Source: an uncultured Heliomicrobium sp.
GTDB taxonomy: Bacteria; Acidobacteriota; Blastocatellia; RBC074
DNA: 64,000 bases
Assembly (NCBI GenBank): GCA_964570175.1
Contig: CAZMXG010000008.1
Span: 2,114 to 66,113 of the forward strand
Reading direction: 5' to 3'
In this document: one piece after another, positions 1 through 8,086 of the stretch
Layout of the letters: the number at the start of each line of letters is the position of its first letter
Numbering within the stretch: the stretch's first letter is position 1
The notes under the pieces: model-generated
The model's input: the letters and a program-made list of their open reading frames with translations, nothing else
What the model was told of the DNA's origin: nothing
The model's database searches: none
Program-made: the position numbers and the translations under genes

Positions 1-325
1 CAATTCCACGCTCACGCGCCAAGGAAGTGATTTCTTTAGCGTTCGGTCCGGCAGCAATTAGTGTGTCGCCATCCAACATCACGTATTGTCCGGCGTATTC
101 GTCGCGGTGTTGCTCCAACCATGCGTATTCGCGTGAACGATCACGAATTGGCAAGTCCGTTGCCAGGATTTTGGCAGGGAAGGCAGGCGAATGTGGCACT
201 GTTATTTGGTTGAGATTTTCTTCCAGCACCACGCAAACAAATTCGTCTTTGCCGATGCCGCGCTGTTTGGCGGCGGCTTCCAGACGTTGTTCCAATTCAC
301 TTGGCACATTAATCGTTAAGGTCAT
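1..325 (-). CDS. Small RHH / DUF5678-like protein (antitoxin-like); the 3' end runs off the window
   Basis: Reverse-strand ATG at 325-323. My translation is MTLTINVPSELEQRLEAAAKQRGIGKDEFV... (ribbon-helix-helix-like), then ...YAGQYVMLDGDTLIAAGPNAKEITSLARERGI (DUF5678-like). There is no stop inside the window, so it is absent from the ORF track. Confidence 0.5.
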   Translation of the reverse strand, partial: MTLTINVPSELEQRLEAAAKQRGIGKDEFVCVVLEENLNQITVPHSPAFPAKILATDLPIRDRSREYAWLEQHRDEYAGQYVMLDGDTLIAAGPNAKEITSLARERGI

Positions 326-379
326 AACTTACCTCCGCACCGGAGTTTAGCATGGCTTTCCGTTGATTCGGCGGCCGTG

Positions 380-1483
380 CTATCTGGCCAGCGCTGCCTG
401 CAGCATCGCCTTCGTATAGCCCACGTTATAAATCTCGCCGCCGAAGCCGCCGCCGCCGACCTTGGCATACTGCCCCACGATGCTGCCTTCGCGTTCGCGG
501 TCATAATCAATGGCGCGGGGATGTTCGGGGTACAAGCCGCGCGAATATTTCAGTCGCACCAGTTCCTGCATCACGGCGAACATATTCACCTGGCCTTCAT
601 CAATGAAGACTTCGGTGTAATCCACATACGGTTTGCGGACGATGACGTTGCGGTAATGGACGTGGTTGATGCAATCGCGCGCACCGAAGTATTTCGCCAC
701 TGTGACGGGGTCTTCGCCAAGTTCGCGCGTCACGCCGCAATCGAAGGTAATGCCGTTCGCAGGGCTTTTGACGATGTCCACCAGCTTCTTCCACCCGGCC
801 AGCGTGGACATAATTTGCTGTGAGCCTCGGCTGATCGGCGCGGGCGGATCGTTCGGATGCTGCGCCAGCCGCACGCCCGCTTTTTCGGCTTCGGGGACGA
901 CAGCTTTCAAAAAGTAGGTGATGTTCGCCCACATTTGCTCCAGCGTCCACGCGCCAATATCTGGCAACGGCGGCAAGTCCTTGATGCGGTCGTAGCTGAA
1001 CGCCGTCATTCCGGCTCCAGCTCGGCCCAACTCTTCGTAATAGCCTTCGACAATGCGGTGCGCGTAAAAGTTATATTCGATGACGGGTAAGCCGACTTTG
1101 CCTGCGGCGCGAATGGATTGAATGATTTTTTCGATTTCTTCGTCGCGGCCCGGTTTACCATAAATCGTTTTGGGGAAACCACCGATCATCATATTGATAA
1201 TCGTCAGACCGCCCGCTTTGAAGCGTTCCATCCGTTCGCGCAAATCGGCTTCCGTCCAGGGAATCGGCGGCCCGCCCATTAGCACATAATCTATACCGAT
1301 CTGTTTGACGCGGCGCATCAATGCAGCATCAGCATCGCCTCTGACGCCCAGGCAGATTTTTGGCGCGCCGGTTTCAGCGGGCGGCCAAGACTTTGTTTGG
1401 GCGGGTGTTGTCGTTGGCGCGACTAGGGCGGAAGCGCTGACGGCGCCAACAGATTGAATCATTTTTCTGCGTGTGGTTTTCAT
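380..1483 (-). CDS. Mannonate dehydratase (UxuA)-family TIM-barrel enzyme with a twin-arginine signal peptide
   Basis: 367 aa. The N-terminus MKTTRRKMIQSVGAVSASALVAP is Tat-like. The core ...FLKAVVPEAEKAGVRLAQHPNDPPAPI...ANGITFDCGV...HVHYRNV...EHPR matches my memory of UxuA (AVHPDDPPRPI...NGFTMCTG...HLRS...RPDHGH). A GGAGA RBS lies upstream. Confidence 0.6.
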   Translation of the reverse strand: MKTTRRKMIQSVGAVSASALVAPTTTPAQTKSWPPAETGAPKICLGVRGDADAALMRRVKQIGIDYVLMGGPPIPWTEADLRERMERFKAGGLTIINMMIGGFPKTIYGKPGRDEEIEKIIQSIRAAGKVGLPVIEYNFYAHRIVEGYYEELGRAGAGMTAFSYDRIKDLPPLPDIGAWTLEQMWANITYFLKAVVPEAEKAGVRLAQHPNDPPAPISRGSQQIMSTLAGWKKLVDIVKSPANGITFDCGVTRELGEDPVTVAKYFGARDCINHVHYRNVIVRKPYVDYTEVFIDEGQVNMFAVMQELVRLKYSRGLYPEHPRAIDYDREREGSIVGQYAKVGGGGFGGEIYNVGYTKAMLQAALAR

Positions 1484-1563
1484 GGATGATTCTCCGAGTT
1501 AGTACCGCGACCAGTAGGGAGCATAGTTTGTATAACCTTTAAGAAACAGATTTTCCGAATAAA

Positions 1564-1748
1564 GTCCCGCAGGGACGGCCAGATAATAGCCCCGGATGAA
1601 ATCCGGGGAACAAAGCCAAAAACATTTCAAGCCCCGGTAAGGGCGGCAGACGAGCTTGAGGTCTGTCGCCCCTGCCGGGGCTTGTTAGCCTTGCTTACTC
1701 TACCCAGGGTTTCACCCGGGGCTATTGTCTTTTCACCCCTCTGGGGTT
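1564..1748. repeat. About 185-nt nested imperfect palindrome (structured REP/MITE-like element), copy 1
   Basis: Outer stem: agataatagccccgg (1581-1595) pairs with ccggggctattgtct (1717-1731). Next stem: atgaaatccgggg pairs with cccagggtttcac. Central hairpin: gccccggtaagggcggcagac...gtctgtcgcccctgccggggc (1631-1680). Small terminal hairpins: gtcccgcagggac and cccctctgggg. The architecture is the same as 47996-48182. Confidence 0.6.
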
Positions 1749-1775
1749 CTGCTCGGAAAATCATTTTCTTGATTT

Positions 1776-2210
1776 CTATAGCTTGAACTCAAACATGACG
1801 GCGTCTTCGGGAGCTTCGACGCCGCCGCTACCGGCATACAACCGCATTGCCGCCGTGTTGGCGCGATTCGTTAAAACCCAGGCTACCGAACATCCCAGGC
1901 GGCGGCCTTCGTCCAAGACGGCTTCCATCAGTTTGCGCGCCAGGCCTTGCCCCTGATGCGAAGGAGCGACACCGACTTCATTGATCCAGAGTTCAGGCTT
2001 TGACTTATCCGGGTGAACGTAATGCACGGCGCTAACGAAGCCCACGACCACGCCATCCGCGATGGCGACTGCCAGATGATGGCGCGCGTCGGCCAAAAAT
2101 TCCGCCGCCATTGCCAAGTCAATTGGATCGTCAAACACGTCATCCGCTACTGACAGCAAAACATCGCAGTCCGTGGCGTTCAAAAGCTTGATTTCGACAG
2201 GATTGGGCAT
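1776..2210 (-). CDS. GNAT family N-acetyltransferase
   Basis: 144 aa. Contains the acetyl-CoA binding region INEVGVAPSHQGQGLARKLMEAV (Q/RxxGxG/A motif). The size is typical of GNAT proteins. Confidence 0.8.
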   Translation of the reverse strand: MPNPVEIKLLNATDCDVLLSVADDVFDDPIDLAMAAEFLADARHHLAVAIADGVVVGFVSAVHYVHPDKSKPELWINEVGVAPSHQGQGLARKLMEAVLDEGRRLGCSVAWVLTNRANTAAMRLYAGSGGVEAPEDAVMFEFKL

Positions 2211-2221
2211 AGGGGAACAAA

Positions 2222-3508
2222 TCAGCGGCTAAATACTTCCAGCGTCAGTGCGCCGATGCCGGGTTTGATTTCGACAATGTAATCGCTTTTGCCTTTCGGG
2301 TGTTGCCGGGCGAAAACGCGCTGGTTTTCGATGCTGGGCGACAGGTCGCGTTTGCGAATGTAATCGCCCCACTTTTGGCGGTCTTCGTCGGTCAGCGCGC
2401 CTTTGCGCTGTTTGTCCGTCATCTCGATCATCACCGGGTCGCGCGAATTGCTCAACCAGCGCGTGGCGTCCTGGCGGACTTCGACGCGGTACTTGCCCGC
2501 AATTGGCCCTTGCTTTTCGTCCACGATGAAAGAACCCAACTCTCTGGTATGAGCATTTGTGATGTACGCCGTCACCGATGGCGCGTTTGGATTGCCGACC
2601 GGCGTCAACGTGACCATGCCGCGCACCAATCCAGTGCCGTCCAATTTGACCACGCCGCTGATGGCCTGGCGCGGTTTGTCGGTCAGCCAACCGCCTTGCG
2701 TCAGCCAGCGATGCATCAAGACCGGATATTCGCCGAGCACCGGATCGCCCAGCGCAAAGCCCACGCCGTGTTCGCCGTTTTGGAAGAAGTGGGCTTCGGC
2801 GGAAACTTTGGCCTGAATCAATTCGGAATACAACGCAGACATGCCGCGCACGTGGCTCATGTCTTCCATCGTGCAAAACAGAAACGCCGGAGGTAGCGCG
2901 GCCAGTTTTGCGGCATCGGTCCCACGTTGCGGTGATGCTCCGTACACCAGAATTTGAAAATCCGGGCGGCTGGTCACACGCTCGACGGCATCGGCGGATT
3001 CGGGATTCGCAAGCAACGGATTCAACGAAGCGTCATAGGCCAGATCGGCTCCTGCCGAAAACCCAACGATGCCGATGCGGTTCGGCGCGATATGAAATTC
3101 TCTGGCATTGGCGCGAATGTGTTGCATCGCTCGCTGCGCATCGGCCAGCCAGTCTTTGCGCTGGTACATCGGGCGAATGCGGTAGCGCAAGATGAATGCC
3201 GTAATGCCGCGCTCTTTCAACCAGTTCGCGACCAGCACGCCTTCGTGATCGGTGGCGCGCGTCGTAAAGCCTCCGCCGGGACAAACCAGAATTGCCGCGC
3301 CCGTCGCTTTTCCGGCATCGGGCAGCATCGGAATGATTGCGGGTTTGTCTTCGTCGCTGGTGCCTGTGGCTCCGGGCGCGCCATTTGGCCAAAGCTCGAT
3401 TGTGCGGAAGTTGGGTTTGTCAGCGGCAACATCTGAGGCTGCAAATGTCAAAAAGAACATCGCAAACAGCAATGCGGCAAAAAAGAACTTGCGAGTAAGG
3501 TTCGTCAT
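2222..3508 (-). CDS. Secreted alpha/beta hydrolase (esterase/lipase type) with a C-terminal beta-sandwich (CarboxypepD_reg-like) domain
   Basis: Contains GFSAGADLA (GxSxG) and VCPGGGF (oxyanion HGGG-like). The signal peptide begins at the internal Met, MTNLTRKFFFAALLFAMFFLTFAASDVAA, so I prefer the start at 3508 over the track start at 3547. The C-terminus reads ISGVVKLDGTGLVRGMVTLTPVG. Confidence 0.75.
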   Translation of the reverse strand: MTNLTRKFFFAALLFAMFFLTFAASDVAADKPNFRTIELWPNGAPGATGTSDEDKPAIIPMLPDAGKATGAAILVCPGGGFTTRATDHEGVLVANWLKERGITAFILRYRIRPMYQRKDWLADAQRAMQHIRANAREFHIAPNRIGIVGFSAGADLAYDASLNPLLANPESADAVERVTSRPDFQILVYGASPQRGTDAAKLAALPPAFLFCTMEDMSHVRGMSALYSELIQAKVSAEAHFFQNGEHGVGFALGDPVLGEYPVLMHRWLTQGGWLTDKPRQAISGVVKLDGTGLVRGMVTLTPVGNPNAPSVTAYITNAHTRELGSFIVDEKQGPIAGKYRVEVRQDATRWLSNSRDPVMIEMTDKQRKGALTDEDRQKWGDYIRKRDLSPSIENQRVFARQHPKGKSDYIVEIKPGIGALTLEVFSR

Positions 3509-3567
3509 AATTTTTGGAAGGGAAATCAGCGCAAGCCATGAACGCACAAAGGCAAATTCTGTTTGCG

Positions 3568-4035
3568 CTACAGTTGCATCGTCATAAACGCGCTATTGGG
3601 ATCGTCTGTGTACGTGGAAAACGGGCCACAGTGTTCAAAGCCGAATCGTTGATATAAACGCCGGGCGGGTTCAAAAAACGCCATTGACCCTGTTTCCAGG
3701 CTCAATCTGGTGTAGTTGCGATTTTTTGCTTCCGCGATCAGATGACGCAACATCAGGCTCGCAACGCCGCGATTTCGAAACTCGGGAGCCGTCCGCATGG
3801 ATTTAATTTCTCCATGACTCCGATCAAGCTCTTTCAACGCTCCGCAACCCGCCAACACACTTCCTTCCCAGACGGTCCAGAACGTAATTTCGGGAACCCG
3901 CAGGCCTTCCAGGTCCAGCGCATGCACGCTTTCCGGCGGAGAAACCCGCCGCATATCCTGAAGGTGTTGTTCCAGCAAACGAGCGATTTCCTCACCGCGC
4001 AAATCATCAATCCGGATTTCCATCTTGTGCGTCAT
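3568..4035 (-). CDS. GNAT family N-acetyltransferase
   Basis: 155 aa. Contains MRTAPEFRNRGVASLMLRHLIAEA (RxxGxA motif) and ...ARRLYQRFGFE. Confidence 0.8.
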   Translation of the reverse strand: MTHKMEIRIDDLRGEEIARLLEQHLQDMRRVSPPESVHALDLEGLRVPEITFWTVWEGSVLAGCGALKELDRSHGEIKSMRTAPEFRNRGVASLMLRHLIAEAKNRNYTRLSLETGSMAFFEPARRLYQRFGFEHCGPFSTYTDDPNSAFMTMQL

Positions 4036-4097
4036 TCGCCAAGCTTTTCCGCTGGCACAGCCATTTTGTCAAGAAAAGTCAAAACAGATTTTCAACG

Positions 4098-5612
4098 TTA
4101 TTGTTCGATCAGGCGATAACTGACAAACGCCAGTTGTTTACTGTCCGGCGACCACGAAGGCACGTTGATCGTTCCTTGACCGCCAAAAAGCTTTGCCAGC
4201 ACCTGAATCTCGCCGCCGCCCACGGGCATCAGGCGCAACGTCACATCTTTGTTCGCCGGATGCCCTTCGACATTTGGCTCGAACGTCAAAAACGCAAGCC
4301 ACTTTCCGTCCGGCGAAGGATGCGCGAACCAGTTGTTGTACCCGTCTTTGGTAATCTGCGTCTGCTCGCTGCCGTCGGGTTTCATCCGCCAGATTTGCAT
4401 CAGGCCGGTGCGCACGGAATTGAAATAAATGTACTGGCCATCGGGAGAATACTCTGGCCCGTCGTCCAAACCATTGGCAGTGGTCAGGCGCTTTTCTTCG
4501 CCGCCTTCAAACGGGATTGCGTACACATCAAAATTGCCGTTGCGGTCGGCGCAATACACCAGCGTTTTGCCGTCCGGTGACCAGCCGTGCCAGTACGACG
4601 GTGCAAGCTGCGTGACGCGACGCGGCGTTCCGCCCGTAATCGGCACAACGTAAATCAGCGAGCGACGCTGTTCCTGCGATTGGTCGCTGATGGCCAGCCA
4701 GTTTCCATCAAACGAAATTCCATGATCGTTATTGTTGCGCGTCGCGAATCCCGTATCCAGCGCTTCCGGTTCTCCGTTCGCTGCACCATTGCTTGCAAGC
4801 GGCAGCTTCATAATTCGTCCGGCTTGGTTGAATAAAAGGTATCTGCCGTCGCGCGACCAGTTGGGTGCTTCAAAGTGCGTGCGCTTGGTGTAAATGACTT
4901 TGCGGTCTTTGGAAGAGATCGCGATGGTTTCCAGTGTGCTTTCGATGATCGGCGCAGGACGCTGTTTGATTTCGACGTTGGAAAAGACGGCTTTTTCCAG
5001 CGCGTTGTGGTCGTGCGCGCACACGCCCAGGCCGACGTAAAACGTTCCGGTCAGATTGATGCGGAAGGAACCGCCAGCGGATTGCAGCGGCTCGCCTTCT
5101 TTGGCAATGGACATCCAGACGTAATCGCCACGTTTTTCAATCTGCAACCGGCGTGGGCCTTTGACGTTGGATTGAATTTCGCGCGTCGGGCCGCCTTTTG
5201 TTTCGCGGTATTGCAGCGAAGTCAGCCCGTCGGCGTGCAGCGCTGCATCGGCATAAGCCGAATCCGCGTCCAGGTTTTGCCGGATGACCAGCACCGCTTT
5301 GCGATGCGCATTGCCTCCCGTGCCAAGAATTTGCGCATCCGCCGCGATGGAAAAGTCGCCGGAAATCCGCCGCCAAACATAATGAAACGCGTCTGTTGTC
5401 GCCCACATGTTTTCGCCGCCACCCGCGACGGTGTAAGTTTTCTTGGCGTCATCGTAAACAACCGAGCCGGGCATTTTGACCGAGCCTATGTCGCGGGCGT
5501 CTTCAAACAAACCATATTTGTAAACAGGTTGGTTGTTTTGCGAAGAAACCAATCCGGTCAGTAACAGCGCACAACAAATCATCGGCAACAAAGTTCGAGA
5601 GATGAATTTCAT
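4098..5612 (-). CDS. Secreted TolB-like WD40/PD40 beta-propeller protein with an N-terminal lectin/glucanase-like domain
   Basis: PD40-type repeats are present: [40 protein letters not shown]. The signal peptide starts at an internal ATG ([24 protein letters not shown]), so the start is set to 5612 rather than 5699. Confidence 0.75.
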   Translation of the reverse strand: MKFISRTLLPMICCALLLTGLVSSQNNQPVYKYGLFEDARDIGSVKMPGSVVYDDAKKTYTVAGGGENMWATTDAFHYVWRRISGDFSIAADAQILGTGGNAHRKAVLVIRQNLDADSAYADAALHADGLTSLQYRETKGGPTREIQSNVKGPRRLQIEKRGDYVWMSIAKEGEPLQSAGGSFRINLTGTFYVGLGVCAHDHNALEKAVFSNVEIKQRPAPIIESTLETIAISSKDRKVIYTKRTHFEAPNWSRDGRYLLFNQAGRIMKLPLASNGAANGEPEALDTGFATRNNNDHGISFDGNWLAISDQSQEQRRSLIYVVPITGGTPRRVTQLAPSYWHGWSPDGKTLVYCADRNGNFDVYAIPFEGGEEKRLTTANGLDDGPEYSPDGQYIYFNSVRTGLMQIWRMKPDGSEQTQITKDGYNNWFAHPSPDGKWLAFLTFEPNVEGHPANKDVTLRLMPVGGGEIQVLAKLFGGQGTINVPSWSPDSKQLAFVSYRLIEQ

Positions 5613-5637
5613 AGCAACATTTCCTTCGAGAGAGATT

Positions 5638-5770
5638 GTTTCAACGCAAAGACGCCAAGGTTCAAAGGCGCAAAGAACTTTTGGAAAGACGTTCGCCATG
5701 CCTCAAAATTTTACCAGATCATGCTTTGCGTCTTTGCGTCTTTGCTACTTCGCAGCTTTGCGTTTTGAAG
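5638..5770. repeat. Hairpin element with arms made of GCAAAGA/TCTTTGC-type short repeats
   Basis: Left arm: tttcaacgcaaagacgccaaggttcaaaggcgcaaagaac. Right arm: gctttgcgtctttgcgtctttgctacttcgcagctttgcgttttgaag. The ends (tttcaacgcaaag and ctttgcgttttgaa) are complementary. It lies in the spacer between two minus-strand genes. Confidence 0.5.
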
Positions 5771-5776
5771 TGCAGA

Positions 5777-6661
5777 TTATGGTTTCAGCAAGCCTAAATC
5801 GGCCATCCATTCCTGAAATCGGATGTGCCATGTCCCGAATGGAATGCCGCCACGTGGTTTGATGCCGCCAGCATGTCCGCCGTGGCTGTAAATGTGAAGC
5901 TCGACGGGCACCTCGGCTTTGAACAGCGAATTGTAAAATTCGACCGTTTGCCGCGCGTGAAAAGCATCGTCCAATCCGGCGCTGGTTAGAAACGCCGGAG
6001 CCCCGTCTTTTGGCGCAGTAATGTCCATCGGCGCCCAACCGGCGTACACCAGACCGACGAAATCCGGGCGGCAGCTTTGTTGTTCAATCGGATCGGTCGC
6101 GTCCGCTTTGCCGCGATCAAAGCGAATATCAGCCAGCGCCGCCAGCGCTCCGCCAGCCGAAAATCCCATCAAACCAACGCGTGTTGGATTGATGTTCCAT
6201 TCCTGGGCGCGCTGGCGAACAATGCGGATGGCGCGTTGCGTATCCTGCAAAGCTTCGCCTTCCACGGTGTATTTGTAATTCGGTGTTTGCGCCAACCGAT
6301 ATTTCAAAACGAATACCGACACGCCCAAACTGTGCAGCCAATCAATCAAATCGTAGCTTTCCGTGCCGGTGTTCAATTCGCGATGGCCCCCGCCCGCTGC
6401 GAGTATCAAAGCAGTCCCGTTCGCTTTCTCTTTGGGAGCCGGGAAGACCTCAAGCGACGGGTTGTGGATGTTTTTGAATTGCCGCACGAACTGGCCCGGT
6501 TTGGGATCTGGGGGATTGGTAATTTCCTTTTCGTTTACGCCCTGCAGCGTCGGATGACCGGCAGGCCACAGGTAAATTACCTGCGGGGTCAGTTCGTTGG
6601 CAGTCGCCAGAGAAGCGAGCCAGAAGAGCGCTAGCATGGACAGTAACTGCCTGTGATGCAT
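5777..6661 (-). CDS. Secreted alpha/beta hydrolase (esterase/lipase type)
   Basis: Contains GFSAGGALAA (GxSxG) and LAAGGGH (HGGG-like), plus a signal peptide. The first codon in the track is TTG; an ATG two codons downstream (6661) is preceded by AAAGGA. Confidence 0.75.
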   Translation of the reverse strand: MHHRQLLSMLALFWLASLATANELTPQVIYLWPAGHPTLQGVNEKEITNPPDPKPGQFVRQFKNIHNPSLEVFPAPKEKANGTALILAAGGGHRELNTGTESYDLIDWLHSLGVSVFVLKYRLAQTPNYKYTVEGEALQDTQRAIRIVRQRAQEWNINPTRVGLMGFSAGGALAALADIRFDRGKADATDPIEQQSCRPDFVGLVYAGWAPMDITAPKDGAPAFLTSAGLDDAFHARQTVEFYNSLFKAEVPVELHIYSHGGHAGGIKPRGGIPFGTWHIRFQEWMADLGLLKP

Positions 6662-6875
6662 AAGCAATCATCCTTTCTGATATTTGTCTGAATCGTTTGA
6701 CCGGCTTGATCCGGGAATTGGGGAAAAAGTCGTGGAAAGTGTATGCGTAGATTGAAAATCTGTCAGCCTTTTCCCGGCGTGTGGCAAAACTTTTTGAATA
6801 GGAGCGTGTTATTTTAACGGTTGAACCATGCACGGAATCGTTGTGACACTGAACAAACCGAAAAGGAGGAACTTT

Positions 6876-7538
6876 ATGTGCGGTCGTTTTACGCAACGAA
6901 AAGAAGAAGCAGCGCTTGCTGAATACTACGGCCTGGACAATGAAGAAACTGAAGAAGAATCGGAGGCTCGGTACAACATCGCGCCTCAGCAAATGGTTCA
7001 GGCAATCACTTTGGGAAACCGGTTGATCAAATTGAAATGGGGCTTGATTCCTTCGTGGGCAAAAGACCCGAAAATCGCCAACAACTTGATCAATGCCCGC
7101 GCGGAAACCTTGCAGGAAAAGCCTTCGTTTCGCACGGCACTGGCCAAACGCCGTTGTCTGATTCCCGCCGATGGCTGGTACGAATGGAAAAAAGTCGCCG
7201 ACGGCAAACAGCCGTACTTTTTTCATCGGCGCGATGACGCGCTGTTTTCCTTTGCCGGATTGTGGGAAGAGTGGCGCACGCCGGAGGGAGAAACCGTCAA
7301 AACCTGCACGATCATTACCACCGAGCCAAACGAATTGACTGCAAACTATCACCATCGAATGCCCGCGATTTTGAAACGCTCGGATGAAAAGCTGTGGCTG
7401 GACACGGCCGCGCGCGTTCCGGATTTGGTTCAGTTGCTTGCGCCTTATCCCGCCGCCGACCTGGAAATTTACGCAGTTTCCAAATCGGTCAATTCTCCGG
7501 GGCGCGACGAAGCCAGCTTGATCGAGCGTACCCAATAG
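6876..7538 (+). CDS. SOS response-associated peptidase (SRAP; YedK/HMCES family abasic-site crosslinking protein)
   Basis: The protein must begin MCGRF (catalytic Cys2). The ATG at 6876 is preceded by AAGGAGG. Family motifs seen: YNIAPQQ, LKWGLIPSWAKD, NARAETL, and IPADGWYEWK. Confidence 0.85.
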   Translation: MCGRFTQRKEEAALAEYYGLDNEETEEESEARYNIAPQQMVQAITLGNRLIKLKWGLIPSWAKDPKIANNLINARAETLQEKPSFRTALAKRRCLIPADGWYEWKKVADGKQPYFFHRRDDALFSFAGLWEEWRTPEGETVKTCTIITTEPNELTANYHHRMPAILKRSDEKLWLDTAARVPDLVQLLAPYPAADLEIYAVSKSVNSPGRDEASLIERTQ

Positions 7539-7659
7539 CTGGAAATTCAGCCGAAACCCGCGCAGAGCTAGAGCGCATCGCGCACCTGCTTGATCCCGCC
7601 CTTAGGCCAAATCAGCGGCAGAATAGTATCAATCCAGTTTTTGAACTTTTTTCTTGAGC

Positions 7660-7700
7660 CTGTAGACGGGCTACAGCCAGAGGTGTAGATTGGGTACACC
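7660..7700. promoter_or_regulatory. Two similar palindromes (candidate PadR operators) upstream of padR
   Basis: cTGTAGacgggCTACAg (7660-7676) and gGTGTAgattggGTACACc (7682-7700), 30-70 bp upstream of the padR ATG. PadR-family proteins bind inverted repeats. No experimental support. Confidence 0.35.
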
Positions 7701-7730
7701 CTATAACAATTTCAGGAAGGGAACACCGGG

Positions 7731-8075
7731 ATGAAACAAGGATATGAAAATCGCATCGAACTGCTGCAAGGCACTCTTGATCTGCTGATTTTACAAACTC
7801 TGCAATGGGGGCCGCGCCACGGCTACGGCATCAGCCAGGCCATTCGCGCAGGGTCCGGCGAAGTGCTGCAAGTGGACACCGGCTCACTTTACCCGGCGCT
7901 GCATCGGCTGGAACGCAAGAAGTGGATCAAAGCCGAATGGACGGTGTCGGAAAACAACCAGAAGGTCAAAAGCTACCAACTGACCGCCACAGGCAAAAAA
8001 CAACTCGCCGCCGAACGCTCGAATTGGGAACGGCTGACCGCAGCGATGGCAGGCATCCTGCATCCACAAGAATAG
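7731..8075 (+). CDS. PadR family transcriptional regulator
   Basis: 114 aa. LLQGTLDLLILQTLQWGPRHGYGISQAI...GSLYPALHRLERKKWI is the canonical PadR winged helix. Confidence 0.9.
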   Translation: MKQGYENRIELLQGTLDLLILQTLQWGPRHGYGISQAIRAGSGEVLQVDTGSLYPALHRLERKKWIKAEWTVSENNQKVKSYQLTATGKKQLAAERSNWERLTAAMAGILHPQE

Positions 8076-8086
8076 GAGCGTGACGG

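Noticed and set aside
6780-6875. A possible LexA/SOS box upstream of the SRAP gene (GAAC-N7-GGAA and GAAC...GAAC).
   Set aside because: Only imperfect matches to a GTTC/GAAC-N7 direct-repeat type box are present, and the spacing is wrong in the better match. I cannot support a site without a genome-specific LexA motif.
6450-7535. A 361-aa minus-strand ORF. Similar long antisense ORFs in the track include 13030-13803, 9371-10303, 25777-26514, 41319-42065, 43082-44047, 45164-45916, 55142-55969, 62726-63268 and 39698-40303.
   Set aside because: Each lies opposite a gene with clear family motifs (SRAP, SpoVR, permease, GT2, kinase, FHA, and so on). Each translates to R/F/Q-rich low-complexity sequence with no recognisable motif. 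These are shadow ORFs, typical of GC-biased coding DNA.
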